Shown in pieces: positions 1-11,739 of a stretch of 20,000 nt of DNA (position 1 is the stretch's first letter; the number at the start of each line of letters is the position of its first letter). Position numbers and translations under genes: made by a program. Where the stretch lies: positions 49,001 through 69,000 of the forward strand of contig JYFJ02001814.1 of the NCBI GenBank assembly GCA_000934665.2. Direction: 5' to 3'. The DNA comes from Catajapyx aquilonaris. Its lineage: Eukaryota. Under the pieces are notes generated by a model that saw nothing but the letters and a program-made list of their open reading frames with translations, did no database searches and was not told where the DNA came from.

Positions 1-131
1 GTATGTAAATGGCTCGTTTTTATTATTATTCGCAATTCGCGTATAAAAATATGGTTTTTACCAAAATGAATCGGCAAATGTAAACTTCCAGTGAGTTTGG
101 TACAAAAAACACCTGAACGATGCGGATAATA

Positions 132-1240
132 TTAATCCAAAGGGTCGTGCATGATCTCAATGTGTGGGAACCGATCGCGCACGCCTTGAGCATCATTCCA
201 GGTGATCCCAACTGCTTGTCTCACATCCATGTGTGACAAATGGACGCACTTGGTGCAGATATGCATCATCGACCAACCCGAGATGGTGCATCTCCTGGCG
301 ATGAAACGCATCAAGTGTCCGCAATTAAAGCCAATCAGTTCCGCATCTTCGTAGTCCAACGTGGCTCCAGAGACATCCAGTTCTTTCAGACTGGCCATGG
401 CTGGACCGTGAGAAAATAGAGACGTTATAGCATCTCTCTCCCCTTCTTGCGATCGGATTGAGAGTGATGTCAGGTGAAGATGGGCGAAGATGTTCGCCAG
501 CTCAGCGACCCTTACATTGCTAGCCCTCGCAATGTTGACGTGGGTGATGCGAGCACACCTCCTGAGTGACGGTGTCACCGGGTTCTTGTAAGGAAGGCAG
601 TGGGCATCTAGGGTCAGGCTGACCAAATGCTTCCTAAGGTTGGCCAGAAGAGCACCTGCGAACGACAGCATGAAATGGTATAATATTATAAGAGCATAAA
701 CCTTCCCTTCTAGTACATACTTGCAATGTCTTCTCTAAAGCCGAGGCCAACCAGTCTGAGTTCACTGATGGCCGGAAAGTCCGGGTACTTTGTCCGTACG
801 AGTGTTGGGTTGTAATGGCGGACCATATCTCCGCTGCTGCACAAGTAGATGGCCAGCTTCTTCAGTGGTCTGAGCATGGACACCACCTCCAACAGCTCGT
901 TGCATGTGGTTTGTATCCCGATCAGCACCAATTCCTCCAGTTCGGGGCAGAATTGGGCCGCTGTCCTCAGGATGATGGACATGTCAGTCCGCCCAGCCAG
1001 ACGCAGCTTCCTGAGTCTGGAGGACCTCTGGATCTCGCCAACTGCAGCATCAGTGGGGATGGCCATCACGTTCAGCTCGATTGATGTCCAGCTTATGTTG
1101 TCAGACCAATGGTGGGTGAATACCTGTGGAAGCCCATGGACAACTGCCTCCTCCAGGGTGAAATGGGAGAAGATCTGGAGCTTGATGTGCAGAGGAAGGG
1201 ATGGGAAGTCGAAAACTCTGGTCTCGTCTCCTGCCATCAT
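132..1240 (-). CDS. F-box / leucine-rich-repeat (FBXL-like) protein, 2 exons (1240-721, 655-132), ~347 aa
   Basis: The N-terminal FPSLPLHIKLQIFSHF fits the F-box LPxExLxxIFsyL pattern. Downstream FBXL-type LRR motifs include CPELEELVL, LKKLAIYLC, LKELDVSG, CGHLMRF and CVHLSHMDV. A GTATGT...TTCGCAG intron (720-656, phase 1) joins ORFs 710-1276 and 132-671 in frame. Confidence 0.8.
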
Positions 1241-2550
1241 ATCTGTTAGTATAGAACCCTGTGAGTAAATACACACCGACTTGGATTTTTAAATTCGTCC
1301 AAACAGTTGTGCATGTAACATGGCAACTATACGTATGTCAACAAAGTGACCCAATTGTTGCAATATTCATAATTACAGTATTATATGAAAATTAATATGA
1401 AGGTCCTGTACACTGTTGCATGATGGAGTCTATCCTGTGGAATTATGCAAAAGGTTAGACATGTCACCTGGAATAACGCGTTATGCAAACTCGACCTTCA
1501 AGGCAGCAACAAGAGACCTTNCTTCATTCCCCCCCCCCCCCAACAATCCAATTTTCGCACAAAAGGGATGCCCAACAGTGTTGCAGCCACAATAATGCCT
1601 TCTATATATGAACAGGTGCGCACAGCAAACAATAACCCATATGCAACCCACCTTTTGTTGCAGACACATTTTCACCTCTCATCCTGCGCGTCCATGAGAG
1701 AGAATCCGGGCAAGTTCACCAGAAGGTTGCCTGCAAAATTCAGCAAAAAAATCTCACATGGCAACAAGGCTGCCTGCACATTGAAACAGGCAATCCTCAC
1801 TTCCGTAATCCTCATTAATATCATGTGTTTTAAGAGCAAATGATAGCAACAGATGACTCAGTAATAAAAATTATTTTTATCATCCTAATTTTTGTTGAGC
1901 AATATTCGGATGCTGCTTACGTTGATGAATTAATTTTTTACGTATTTTGCATTTTTCACCATGTCTATAACTTTTTTAATGATTACAATAGGCGTGGAGC
2001 TACCACCAATGTTGAAAGATTGACAAGAAAGCTGTCTCTTCTATATACAGACGATTTATTAAAATACATCCCAGAGCAAGGTTCAGGTAAGCTACTTGCT
2101 AATTGGTGCCAACAATTAAACAGCAATTAACAACAAGCACTGTAATTTTACCTCGTTCAACCGGCTCTAAATGATCACTATGTACTGCTAATATGAAAAC
2201 AATAATTATTTTCCTAGCACCTTAGTTTTTATGGACTTTTTATGCCCCCTCATTAAGCTTAGGCCTATTCACATATGGTGCTAATTTATTCGCCTCATAT
2301 GTTAATAATTGCGACTTGGAATTATAGCACCTGATGGTTACGTAACCGCAATTATTGCTCCATTTTGGCGCTTTTATCCAAAACAATGGATATGAGCGAC
2401 ACTTATTGTCCTCTTTGACCTATTGAGATGTATATGCAAAGCTTTTAACAAATCTACCTGTATGCACAAAAGGTCTTTTGTGATCCCTTTATGCTCATCC
2501 CACCTGTCCCATTCCGCGCATTCCTTTTGATCACCAGGAGAGACCTCAAT

Positions 2551-2719
2551 ATATAATATCACTAACTATAGGAACACACATCATTGTCATCTTGCACTTG
2601 GTCGAGATCCGGCCGCTACATTTTGACTCTCCTCACCACCTCGAAAAGGGTATGATCACTTATGGTGCAAGTACGATGTAATTCAATCAACTGAAAACAC
2701 TTTTATCACAAAATTACAG
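2551..2719 (+). promoter_or_regulatory. Putative core promoter, 5' UTR exon and 5' UTR intron (2650-2719) of the repeat-protein gene
   Basis: A TATA-like ATATAATA at ~2551 lies ~30 nt upstream of an Inr-like TCATTG at 2581. The donor G|GTATGA at 2650 pairs with acceptor TTACAG, which ends immediately before the ATG at 2720. Confidence 0.4.
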
Positions 2720-5700
2720 ATGAAGTTCAAGCATTCGTTTGCTGTCTTGTTGGTCTTTGCGTTTGTCCATGCTGCTTTAGGTGATGGTAGCAAAGAAGAT
2801 GGTGGCAGCAAAGAAGATAGTGACAGCAAAGATGGTAGTGGGAGTAGTAGCAATGAAAGTGGCGGAGATAACAATGGTGCTGCTCTTCCCGAATGTAACG
2901 AAAATGGTGATTTGGATAATTGCATTGAAGCAATTGGCAAGGAGTGGCAGAAATACATACACACCGTCTTTCTGGACTTCAAGGCAAGTTTGCGAATCTT
3001 AATATTGAAAAGTACTCTTAACAATAATAATATTATATTGACTGTGTTTATTCCACAGAAGTTTCAGGAATTGGCTGGAAATGATCAAGACAACTACATA
3101 GTGTATCTGTTAGTATACTATGAGAAGGTGAGTTGTGCGCATTTAAAAAATAATAATTAGCAGTTCAATAACATGTTGCTATACCTTTTCAGGAGATCAT
3201 TGCCTACTTTGCTGAATTTCACCATAGCTTTTATTTAAGCATAAGGGCAATTACCTCAGATGGAAAGAGTGAAAATTTGGCTGAAATTGTGATAAGAATA
3301 ATTATCAGAATGATTGAAGTGTAAGTATAGGCCTATACTGTAACCAGGTTTTTGGTTGGATTCATTTTTAAATGAATATACACAGGTCTATAGATGAAAT
3401 ATCTGCAGATGACAGTCCTATTGGTGCAGAATATCGAGAAAAATTAGTCGAATATTACCGTGGCTACCTAGATTATTGGAAGAGGCTGCTTGATTGGTCC
3501 ACATCCCATCAGTCTGAAGCAAACAAACTCTTCACGTACTACTACACCATCTTCGTGAAGTTGAACGACAATGTTAGCATTTTTTTTGGTAGCGATTTGG
3601 TTTGGAATATCCGGTTCCGGTTTTAATGAAACAAACTTTCCATGCGCAGAAATCTATCAAAAAACTGGTCGCCAAATACGGAAGTTACGACTACGAAGCG
3701 TTTTATCAGCTGGTTGGAAATAACATGGAAGAGGTCTTTGAAATAATTAAGTCGTTGTATAAGGGAATACAGGATTCAACCAAAAAGGAATTTGACGAAA
3801 TCAAGAAGTATTACGAATCAACCGATGAAGAATTGAAGAAACTGATAGAGGAGAGAAATCAATATGTTGAAAATAATGTAAGCCAGCACCATGTCCAGCT
3901 TACATTGTTCGCTTCCAAGCAAGTTTCTATTTTTCCTTAAAATTGTACTAATTTTTCCAGGAATATGTTAAATCGTACTTGGAGTTTGTGGAAGTACTCA
4001 TAAAGTACGTGAACAAACCAAGTGACGAACTAAAAGAAGAAGTACGTCAAAAATGGCAAGCGTATCTTGCAAGCATAGGAATTGGTGATGGCGACGGCGG
4101 CGACGGCGGCGACGGCGGCGATGACGATGAAATTAAGAAATATTTCGAAATTATTATAAAAGCTTTTATCAATAACGAAGAATTGAGGACATATTTAGAA
4201 TCGCTGACCGCAAATTTGAAGATAGCTATGCAGAGTGCTGAAGGAGTAAGCCACAATATTTTTCACCCAAGTAATTATTTTGACATTATTTGACATAGCA
4301 ATTTATTTTGCAGGATATGAGAACAACAATAGGTTATTACTACGAATTCTTCGAGTACTGCTTGACTATTGTGCAGACAGGTAGTACAGACGGAATAGAC
4401 TATGACAAATTGGTGTCCCTATTTAAAAAGATGGACATAAAAGTTACCATAAAGTTAATGATTAAATGGCTGGAGGAGAACAGAGATAACGAGCAAGTGC
4501 GAGCCATGTTTGAAAGCTTCACGAATATGATGAAGATATTGCTGGAAGACGTAGGTTCTAATATATTAGCTCTCAATATATTCTTATTTGCGCCGTTTAT
4601 TTTGACAACTCTTGTGGTTTCTTTTCAGGAATCGGTTGTACAATTAATTCAGAAGTACTATGCCGAATTCACCGTTGAAAGATTTTGGAAATACGTAGAG
4701 CAATACACTGGCGGTGGTGACGGCGGAGATGGCGGAGAAATAAAAAAATATTTGGAAATTATTATAAATGCCTTTATCCAAAACGGAGAATTTGTGGCGT
4801 ATTTGCAATCGCTGACTGAAAACTTGCAAATAGTTATGCAGAGTGCTGAAGGAGTAAGCCACAATTTTCACTCGCATCAATATTTACTTTACATTATTTT
4901 ACGTAACAATTTATTTTTCAGGATATGAGAGAAACATTAAATAATTACTACAAATTTTTTGAGTACACTTTGAGCATTGTGCAGAGAGGTAGTACTGACG
5001 GAATAGATTACGACAAATGGGTGTCTCTATTTAAAAAGATGGACATAAGGGGTACCATCAAGGTAGTGATGAAGTGGCTGGAGCAGAACAGAGATAACGA
5101 GCAAGTGCAGGTCATGTTTGAAAGCTTCACGAATATGATGAAGATATTGCTGGAAAACGTATGTTAAAATTTACTCTCCTTGTTGTGCCATTTATTTTGA
5201 CAACTATGGTGGATTTTATCCCCAGGAATCTGTTGTACAATTAATCCAGACGTATTATTCCGAGTTCACCGTCGAAGGATTTTGGAAATATGTAGAGCAA
5301 TACACTGGCGGTGGTGACGGCGGAGATGACGGAGAAATAAAGAAATATTTGGAAATTATTATAAATGCCTTTATCCAAAACAGAGAATTTGTGACGTATT
5401 TGCAATCGCTGACTGAAAACTTGCAAATAGTTATGCAGAGTGCTGAAGGAGTAAGCCACAATTTTCACTCGCATCAATTATTACTATACATTATTTTATG
5501 TAACAATATTTTGCAGGATATGAGAGCAACATTAAGTCGTTACTACGAATTCTTCAAGTACTTCTTGAGTATTGTGCAGGCAGGTAGTACTGAAGGAATA
5601 GATTATGACAAACTGGTGTCATTATTTAAAGAGATGGACATAAGGGGTACCATCAAGGTGGTGATGAAATGGCTGGAGGAGAACAGAGATAATAAGGAAG

Positions 5701-6531
5701 TGCAGAAGATGTTTGAAAGCTTCATGAATATGATGAAGATATTGCTGGAAAACGTATGTGAAAATTTACTCTCCTTTTGTTGTGCCATTTATTTTGACAA
5801 CTATGGTGGATTTTTTTTTCAGGAATCTGTTGTACAATTTATTCGGATGTATTATTCCGAATTCACGGTTGAAGGATTTTGGAAATATGTAGAGCAATAC
5901 ACTGGCGGTGGTGACGGCGGAGATGACGGTGAAATGAACAAGTATTTTCAAGAAATTACACAATTCCTTTTCAAAAATCAGGATTTAAAAGAATACTTTG
6001 AATCACTGACCTCCAGTCTGCAGACAATCATTGAACGTTCTGATGTTGATGCCGTGAGTCACAATTTAACTCGTAAAGATTTACAGCCCTTTTATGAAAC
6101 CATTTGTTTCGCAGGAAATGAAAGAAATTTTCACAAGTTACTACGAATTCTTCTCATACATATTGAGCATTTACACGTCAGGGAATAGCGACGACATCGA
6201 TTACGAGAAACTGAAGTCTCTGTTTGAAAAGATGGATATGCATGTTACCATACAGAAAGTGATTCAATGGGTGATAAAGAACCCGATTGACGATGATGCT
6301 AAGAAGCTTATTGACAGCCTCACTTACATACTCCGCGTGTTGATCAAAAATGTCAGTTGAAATTTGAGCATAAATGCATTTTTTTTGTCTACTTTTCCAT
6401 GTGTTGTAGATGAAAAATCATATTTTCATTCACAGGAATCGTTTGGGAAATTCATAGAACTGTACTGTCCCGATTTCAACTCCGATATTCTTTGGAGATA
6501 TGTCGGGAACGGCAGCAACGAAGGTAGTTAA
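2720..6531 (+). CDS. Secreted tandem-repeat protein of unknown family, ~961 aa; exons 2720-2983, 3059-3127, 3193-3320, 3386-3572, 3650-3877, 3961-4245, 4314-4550, 4629-4853, 4922-5158, 5226-5450, 5517-5753, 5823-6053, 6115-6351, 6436-6531
   Basis: Signal peptide MKFKHSFAVLLVFAFVHAALG is followed by a Gly/Ser/Asp-rich spacer. All 13 introns have recognisable donors and acceptors, and the phases give one open frame to TAA at 6529-6531. AATAAA occurs at 6665. An extra terminal intron (6524-6584) is possible and would change only the last few residues. Confidence 0.85.
4084..6531 (+). repeat. Intragenic tandem duplication, ~597-bp unit containing 2 introns, 4 copies, each encoding a ~154-aa module
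   Basis: The GGC GGT GGT GAC GGC GGA GAT linker recurs at 4710, 5307 and 5904. 237-nt exons recur at 4314, 4922, 5517 and 6115. Intron starts such as GTAAGCCACAAT are also shared between copies. Confidence 0.95.
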
Positions 6532-6664
6532 AATGTTTTCTTCTTTCTCTTCAATTACCATGATGTAAGTACTGCCTTTCTCAGGTAGTATAATAATTGT
6601 TTAAAATTCACAATATGAATAATATTTACAAACTGCAAGATGTGTTTTATAAATGATCATTGCA

Positions 6665-6670
6665 AATAAA
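6665..6670 (+). terminator. Putative polyadenylation signal of the repeat-protein gene
   Basis: AATAAA ~135 nt after the stop, followed by T-rich sequence. Confidence 0.5.
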
Positions 6671-7502
6671 ACGGCTCTCTTTGGCTCATTGTAATATATT
6701 TATTTTTCTGTTGTTATTAACTGCAATGCAAATTATATCAATTTCATGGCTAATTATTAATGCAATCCCATAATTACATGCAGCTGTTACTTCAGTAGTG
6801 CAATGAAATATTTAAAATACTTTTAAAATATTTGTTATTATTTTTTGCAGACACCTGGCGTGTTAGGGGAATATGAACATAACCTAACAGGATTACACTG
6901 TATACAGTATGATCATCATCATGTACTTGCCATGAAATTGGAGTGGTTCTCATTACCATGATCTAATAATATTTTATGTAACAATATTTATTTAATATTT
7001 TGTTTGTACAACATCATACCAAACCTGTCCTTGTATAAGAGGTGCTGCTTTTGACATGTATATTTGACCTGGTTGTAATGATTTCATGTATTGCACATGG
7101 TGACTTGAAAACTGATAATAAATCCGTGATACATTTAATGAAACGGGTGACACACTTCTTTGATTTGATAAGAGCTTGATCAGATAAATAATTATACTTT
7201 ACATCGATCAAGCATATACTGTACTTGATGAATACCTTGGGTTTATATATACTCGTACTTTGCCAGTGCGACACGTCTGACAAAGATAAACAAATCAATA
7301 AAGACAAACTTAAAACAAACCAAGCAGAATTATAGTGTGAGCTTGTGACTTTTTGACACAGGCTTTATGACATCCCTCAACTTTCTCAAACAACTAAAAT
7401 ATCGAGTTCAAACATGTCACACTACATGCGTAGGCGTGTTTTTGTACTAGTCAAGAACAAACTGGACTGTACTCTTTGCCCTTCTGGGGGAAGCTAATCA
7501 AC

Positions 7503-9197
7503 ATGTCCTTCTGTACGTTACTCGCCGGGATCATTTTCGGGATTTACAGCAGTGGGTTGGCTCATATTGAATTGAGAAGAGATAACATAACTGAACTGGA
7601 CTTGACTCTTCTGCTTCGTCACCCTCAAGTGTCCAAGTGCGGAACAATCGCATTTCTCACTGAAACTGTCCGGCAGTTAATTCCGTCTACTCAGAAGGAT
7701 ATCAGTTTCGCCCAGCAAATAGTGAGTATTCAAAAGCCAATTGGGGCAATAGCAAGTCGTCCTGTGACACTTCAGAGGAGCGGACAGTGCCAGCTGAACT
7801 TGTATTATTCGTCACCAGAAATCATGCCTTACTTGACCAAAATGTTGATGGCCATGTCTGGAGGAAAGAGAGTGTACAAAGACTTCAACCTTGTACTTTG
7901 GAAAGGCAATGAAAAGGCAGCGGAAAGACACTTCCTTCAAATGTCTAAGAATTTAAAATACCTTGTCATTGGAAAAAACCTGAGGCAATTGAAAGTGATT
8001 TGCCATCATTGCAATAAAGGCGAAGCGGCCTTAATTGATGCTCCAGATTTCGGGGATTCAGAGTTGTTTCTGGACACAACACGCGATTTTCATGGCAGAA
8101 CAATCCCGTTTGTGGGAGTTATACATCGTGATGTAGTCAACTATTTTGCCAGAGCTTTAAACTGTCGGTTCATAAAACATGGCGCACTGGACAAAAGCAT
8201 TCTCAACGATTTGTTCATTTCCGTCACACCCATGTCTCCGAAGAAATTTGAACCGTACCTGGAAGAGACTCATCCTATTGTAATTGACGCAACAGCGATC
8301 GCAACAGAGAAGTTGTCGCCCGAATTCAAGTGGATCATGCTCATCCAGCCCTTCACATGGCAAGTGTGGGTCTTGCTGGGTGCAATACTTCTCATTACCT
8401 TGATTGCCGCATCTGTAGTTTCATGCCAAGTTAACGACTCACTCTCTGTCACAGGCTTTTTGTTTAAATTGCTGTTTCCTGCAATTGTAAATCAGGGAGC
8501 AAAATTGCCCAAACACAATTCCCTTCAGTGGCTCCTGATATTTTGGATCTTCTTCTGTATGGTTGTCAACACCCTGTACTCGTCAAAGGTGACGTCGTAC
8601 ATCATGGATCCCCCTGTCCATGACGTCAACTTGTTGGAAGACTTGCTGACACTGAACTACAAATCAGGCACCTTTGAAATTAAGCGTTTCAACGACATGA
8701 TGACTTCAGAAGACAAAAGTACCGCAATTGACGTCTTGAAGGCGATGGACAAAGAGCAATACTCCATAACCCATTGCATGCTGAAAATCTTTCAAGACAA
8801 ATTCGCGTGTGTGGGAAGCGATTTCGCCATGCAGGTGTGGTACGCCATGGATCCAAGCAATCAATTCCACGAGGAAAATGCTCATATTGCAAAGGCCGAG
8901 CTACCTCCCGTTCAAATCGGATTTAACCTACCGAAAGACTGCAATTATTACGAGTCAGTCGATCGCATTGTCTTGCGATTCTGGAGCGTAGGTCTGCAAG
9001 ACGCTTACACCAAAAAGATGATGGACAGACTCCGTTACATGAGGCTGTACACCTACAACAACATGGGACTGATCAGTCATACTGATGATGAATCTCATTC
9101 CTTTGATGCGCATTCACTGGCCATTCCATTCTTTTTGCTTCAGGCAGGTCTGGTCCTGTCTCTTTTAGTCCTGTTTGTAGAAATGTTTAACAGATGA
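7503..9197 (+). CDS. Divergent ionotropic receptor (IR, iGluR-derived chemoreceptor), intronless, 564 aa
   Basis: Signal peptide from ATG 7503. M1 region IQPFTWQVWVLL, pore NQG, M2/M3 region FWIFFCMVVNTLYSSKVTSYIMDP followed by VNLLEDLL, and last TM LAIPFFLLQAGLVLSLLVLFVE match the IR layout. The single exon is typical of divergent IRs. AATAAA at 9336. Confidence 0.88.
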   Translation: MSFCTLLAGIIFGIYSSGLAHIELRRDNITELDLTLLLRHPQVSKCGTIAFLTETVRQLIPSTQKDISFAQQIVSIQKPIGAIASRPVTLQRSGQCQLNLYYSSPEIMPYLTKMLMAMSGGKRVYKDFNLVLWKGNEKAAERHFLQMSKNLKYLVIGKNLRQLKVICHHCNKGEAALIDAPDFGDSELFLDTTRDFHGRTIPFVGVIHRDVVNYFARALNCRFIKHGALDKSILNDLFISVTPMSPKKFEPYLEETHPIVIDATAIATEKLSPEFKWIMLIQPFTWQVWVLLGAILLITLIAASVVSCQVNDSLSVTGFLFKLLFPAIVNQGAKLPKHNSLQWLLIFWIFFCMVVNTLYSSKVTSYIMDPPVHDVNLLEDLLTLNYKSGTFEIKRFNDMMTSEDKSTAIDVLKAMDKEQYSITHCMLKIFQDKFACVGSDFAMQVWYAMDPSNQFHEENAHIAKAELPPVQIGFNLPKDCNYYESVDRIVLRFWSVGLQDAYTKKMMDRLRYMRLYTYNNMGLISHTDDESHSFDAHSLAIPFFLLQAGLVLSLLVLFVEMFNR

Positions 9198-9496
9198 AGT
9201 GCGAATTAATGACATTCTATGAAGTTTACCAGTATATCACTTTTAATTATATTTTCTGATGTCTTTTTATCGTATTGTAAGATCCATTCTACTGTACGTC
9301 ATTGGTGATTGTTTCAAACGCTTGTACAGTGTTCAAATAAAGCATATTTACTTCACGTTTCAAATTTGAACCTCATTTGCAATTAGGAACCATTCAAATT
9401 CCAATTTATCTCCTCTGAAATTGGGTTGTGCGAGACCTGCCTGCGATGCAGTCCTCTTTGGAGCATCTTCAACACGGAAGAGACCCACATCAAGGG

Positions 9497-11392
9497 TCAA
9501 GAGTGACCCTGCTGGTCATCTTTCCTTTCAACTTGGGTCGGCTCATCGGACAGGAAAGACACTGAGAAGTACAGGTCTGGGATGAAACCTCCTTCAGCTG
9601 TTGTGAATGTACTGCGAGGATCCGAATAAAACTCCACCTCCAGCCCCTGCAATAATAAACAACCTTAATTAATTGTGCACTTACTAATTAATTCAAGTGT
9701 ACGGTATGATGTGGTATTATAGGCTTTTGAGGATAAACCCACGGTGCTGAACTCACTTGGCATTTGACCACCGGAGATTTAGCGAGTGAGTTGTGGTACT
9801 TGGGCAGCTTCCATTCTGAAAGCTTCAGCTGTATCAGGTAGAACGTGGCTGCGTCCAGGGCAACTGGACGGGGCAGCTCCAGGTCAAATGGGAAGTCCAC
9901 TCGACGTTGCTTCACCTCGGCAATGGCACCATCTTCTTCAAACACCTTAACCTGAGACAATTGGTATACATGTGCAAGTGTGTCCTATACGCGTGTATAC
10001 ATACCGCCTGTCCCGAGGTATTCTCGACAGCCCCTCTTGTAAGGGTGAGCTGGACGTCCATTTTGGTCGTGTAGCCGAAAGAGGACCCGGCTCGTTTGTT
10101 GGGACCCGCATCCGGACTCATCACCCTCAACCCGGTGAACAGGATCACAGAATGATCCGGATCCCGGTTAGTGTTGATCCTGAACCAGAGGTAGTGGTTA
10201 CGACCAGGACTGTCCGCTCCGGACACGGAAGCTGCTGTCGAGGCCCGCTTGCAGACAACAGAGCAGGATGACCTCCTGGTCTCGGTGGTCAGAGGCGACG
10301 GAAGAAGTTTCTGCAGGCAGAGGACCAGGAGACGGGCCTGATCCTTATAGGTCAGCACCTGAGCAGGGATCACATGCTGGATCAGGTCATCCGGAGACAG
10401 GGCTTCCAGACGCAAGCAGCTCAGTAAGGGACGGATAGTGTCGGACACACTCCAGACTGTACCACGAGCGGCTTGTTTGGCCCTGCAATACAGTAATTAG
10501 CTCCGGATGTACCGGTACCGTTCAACGTACCATCTGAGTGCAGCCAGAAACAGCTGAAGTTCGGACACCTCCAGGGTTGGTCGTCTCAGGAGATTCACTA
10601 CTACTGCTTCGTCCAACTCCAGAAAATCTTTCTGAGAGAACACTCTTGTCGCTTGATCGTCTATCACCTGAAAGAAACTGTGCTACAAAATCTGCTCGCT
10701 GATATAAATTACATGCACATACCGCAAGACATTCCCGTTCCATGTCGTCCATTCCGTACGTAAAGGCTTTACCGTAGAATTTCAGAGCATTCTTTGCTGA
10801 CACGTTCGACATGAGACGCTGGGGATTGTACAGCAAATTATTAGTGTCACTTTCACGCTGGGTGTGATTAGTGATTTTCACCTCAATGCAGCGTGATGAA
10901 ATAGCCTGGATGAGGTACTTGTTAGACGCATACAGTAGATCCCATATGTCGTCATCATCCATTCCGATGATGTCAAACTCATTGTCCTGGACAAAGTCCA
11001 GCAGTCTACTGAACGTCTCTCGAGATATATCGGGTATGTCCACTGCAGCATCAGTTTCGTCTGCCATGGGCCCGAAGAACATGGCCTCGAAGACTGGGCT
11101 GCATGAGGCCAGGGTCAGCTTGCTGACCTGTAACGTCCCAGGGTTACCCGAGTACAGACCGAGTCGCAATGTGCATTCGCTGCATCCGCCTTTATGCATC
11201 TGGCCAGTTATCCATTCGGCCACAGTCTTACTAATGCTGTACTCTTCGGTACTCTTGTGTTCTCCGAAAGTAGTGTCATGCTGCTGGGAATTTGGTCTGG
11301 ACGAGCTCCTTCAAAGACATTACATACGTAAAAGAGTAACTAACCGTAATGACATTCAAATCTCGATCGGTCACATACCTTGAAGTGCTCAT
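9497..11392 (-). CDS. BTB/POZ-BACK protein with divergent PHR-like C-terminus (BTBD1/2/3/6-like), ~498 aa; exons 11392-11379, 11308-10882, 10818-10723, 10667-10531, 10482-10005, 9951-9757, 9646-9497
   Basis: BTB motifs KLTLASCSPVFEAMFFG, IPDISRETFSRLLDFV and LLYASNKY. The BACK motif FLELD...LLRRPTLEVSELQLFLAALRWA appears after splicing. C-terminal GFIPDLYF resembles the PHR end motif GQIPEIIF. All six GT-AG introns keep frame. Exon 1 and the first acceptor (AAG) are less certain. Confidence 0.82.
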
Positions 11393-11739
11393 GGTTGCAG
11401 TTGGGCCTAATTTATTCACTCACTTCTTTTATAGAATTTCAAAAATGTAAAACAAATTCTGGTCACTATGAACACCATTGTTAAAAACAGGTGAAGTGCT
11501 GTTACGTAATGTTACAGGTCGAATCTATTATTTTTGGCCCACATACCCAGTACGTCGCATGTGTTTACTGAGTGATTACTGTCAGAAACTTTTCGTGTTG
11601 CTCGTAGGCGAGAAGACATGCGAAATACAATTATTTTAATGGCATGTGGCGAAACTCAACCGTACTGTAATATTCATAAAGGTCATACATTCCAGCAACC
11701 ATTACCAATGCTGGATATACACTTCAGAGTCGCAGCAAG

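Noticed and set aside
815..1268. Plus-strand ORFs overlapping the F-box gene
   Set aside because: Antisense shadows of a coding exon with no protein-like features.
1445..2562. ORFs 1445-1843, 1840-2130 and 2374-2562 with scattered splice-like motifs
   Set aside because: No recognisable domain and no consistent spliced frame could be built; the region includes an N and a poly-C run. It may hold UTR exons or decayed sequence.
4047..5963. Repeated minus-strand ORFs (MWLTPSALC..., MMRVKIVAY...)
   Set aside because: Antisense shadows of the tandemly duplicated plus-strand exons.
7476..7502. TTG-initiated N-terminal extension of IR1 in the ORF track
   Set aside because: In a eukaryotic gene the ATG at 7503, directly preceding the signal peptide, is the more plausible start.
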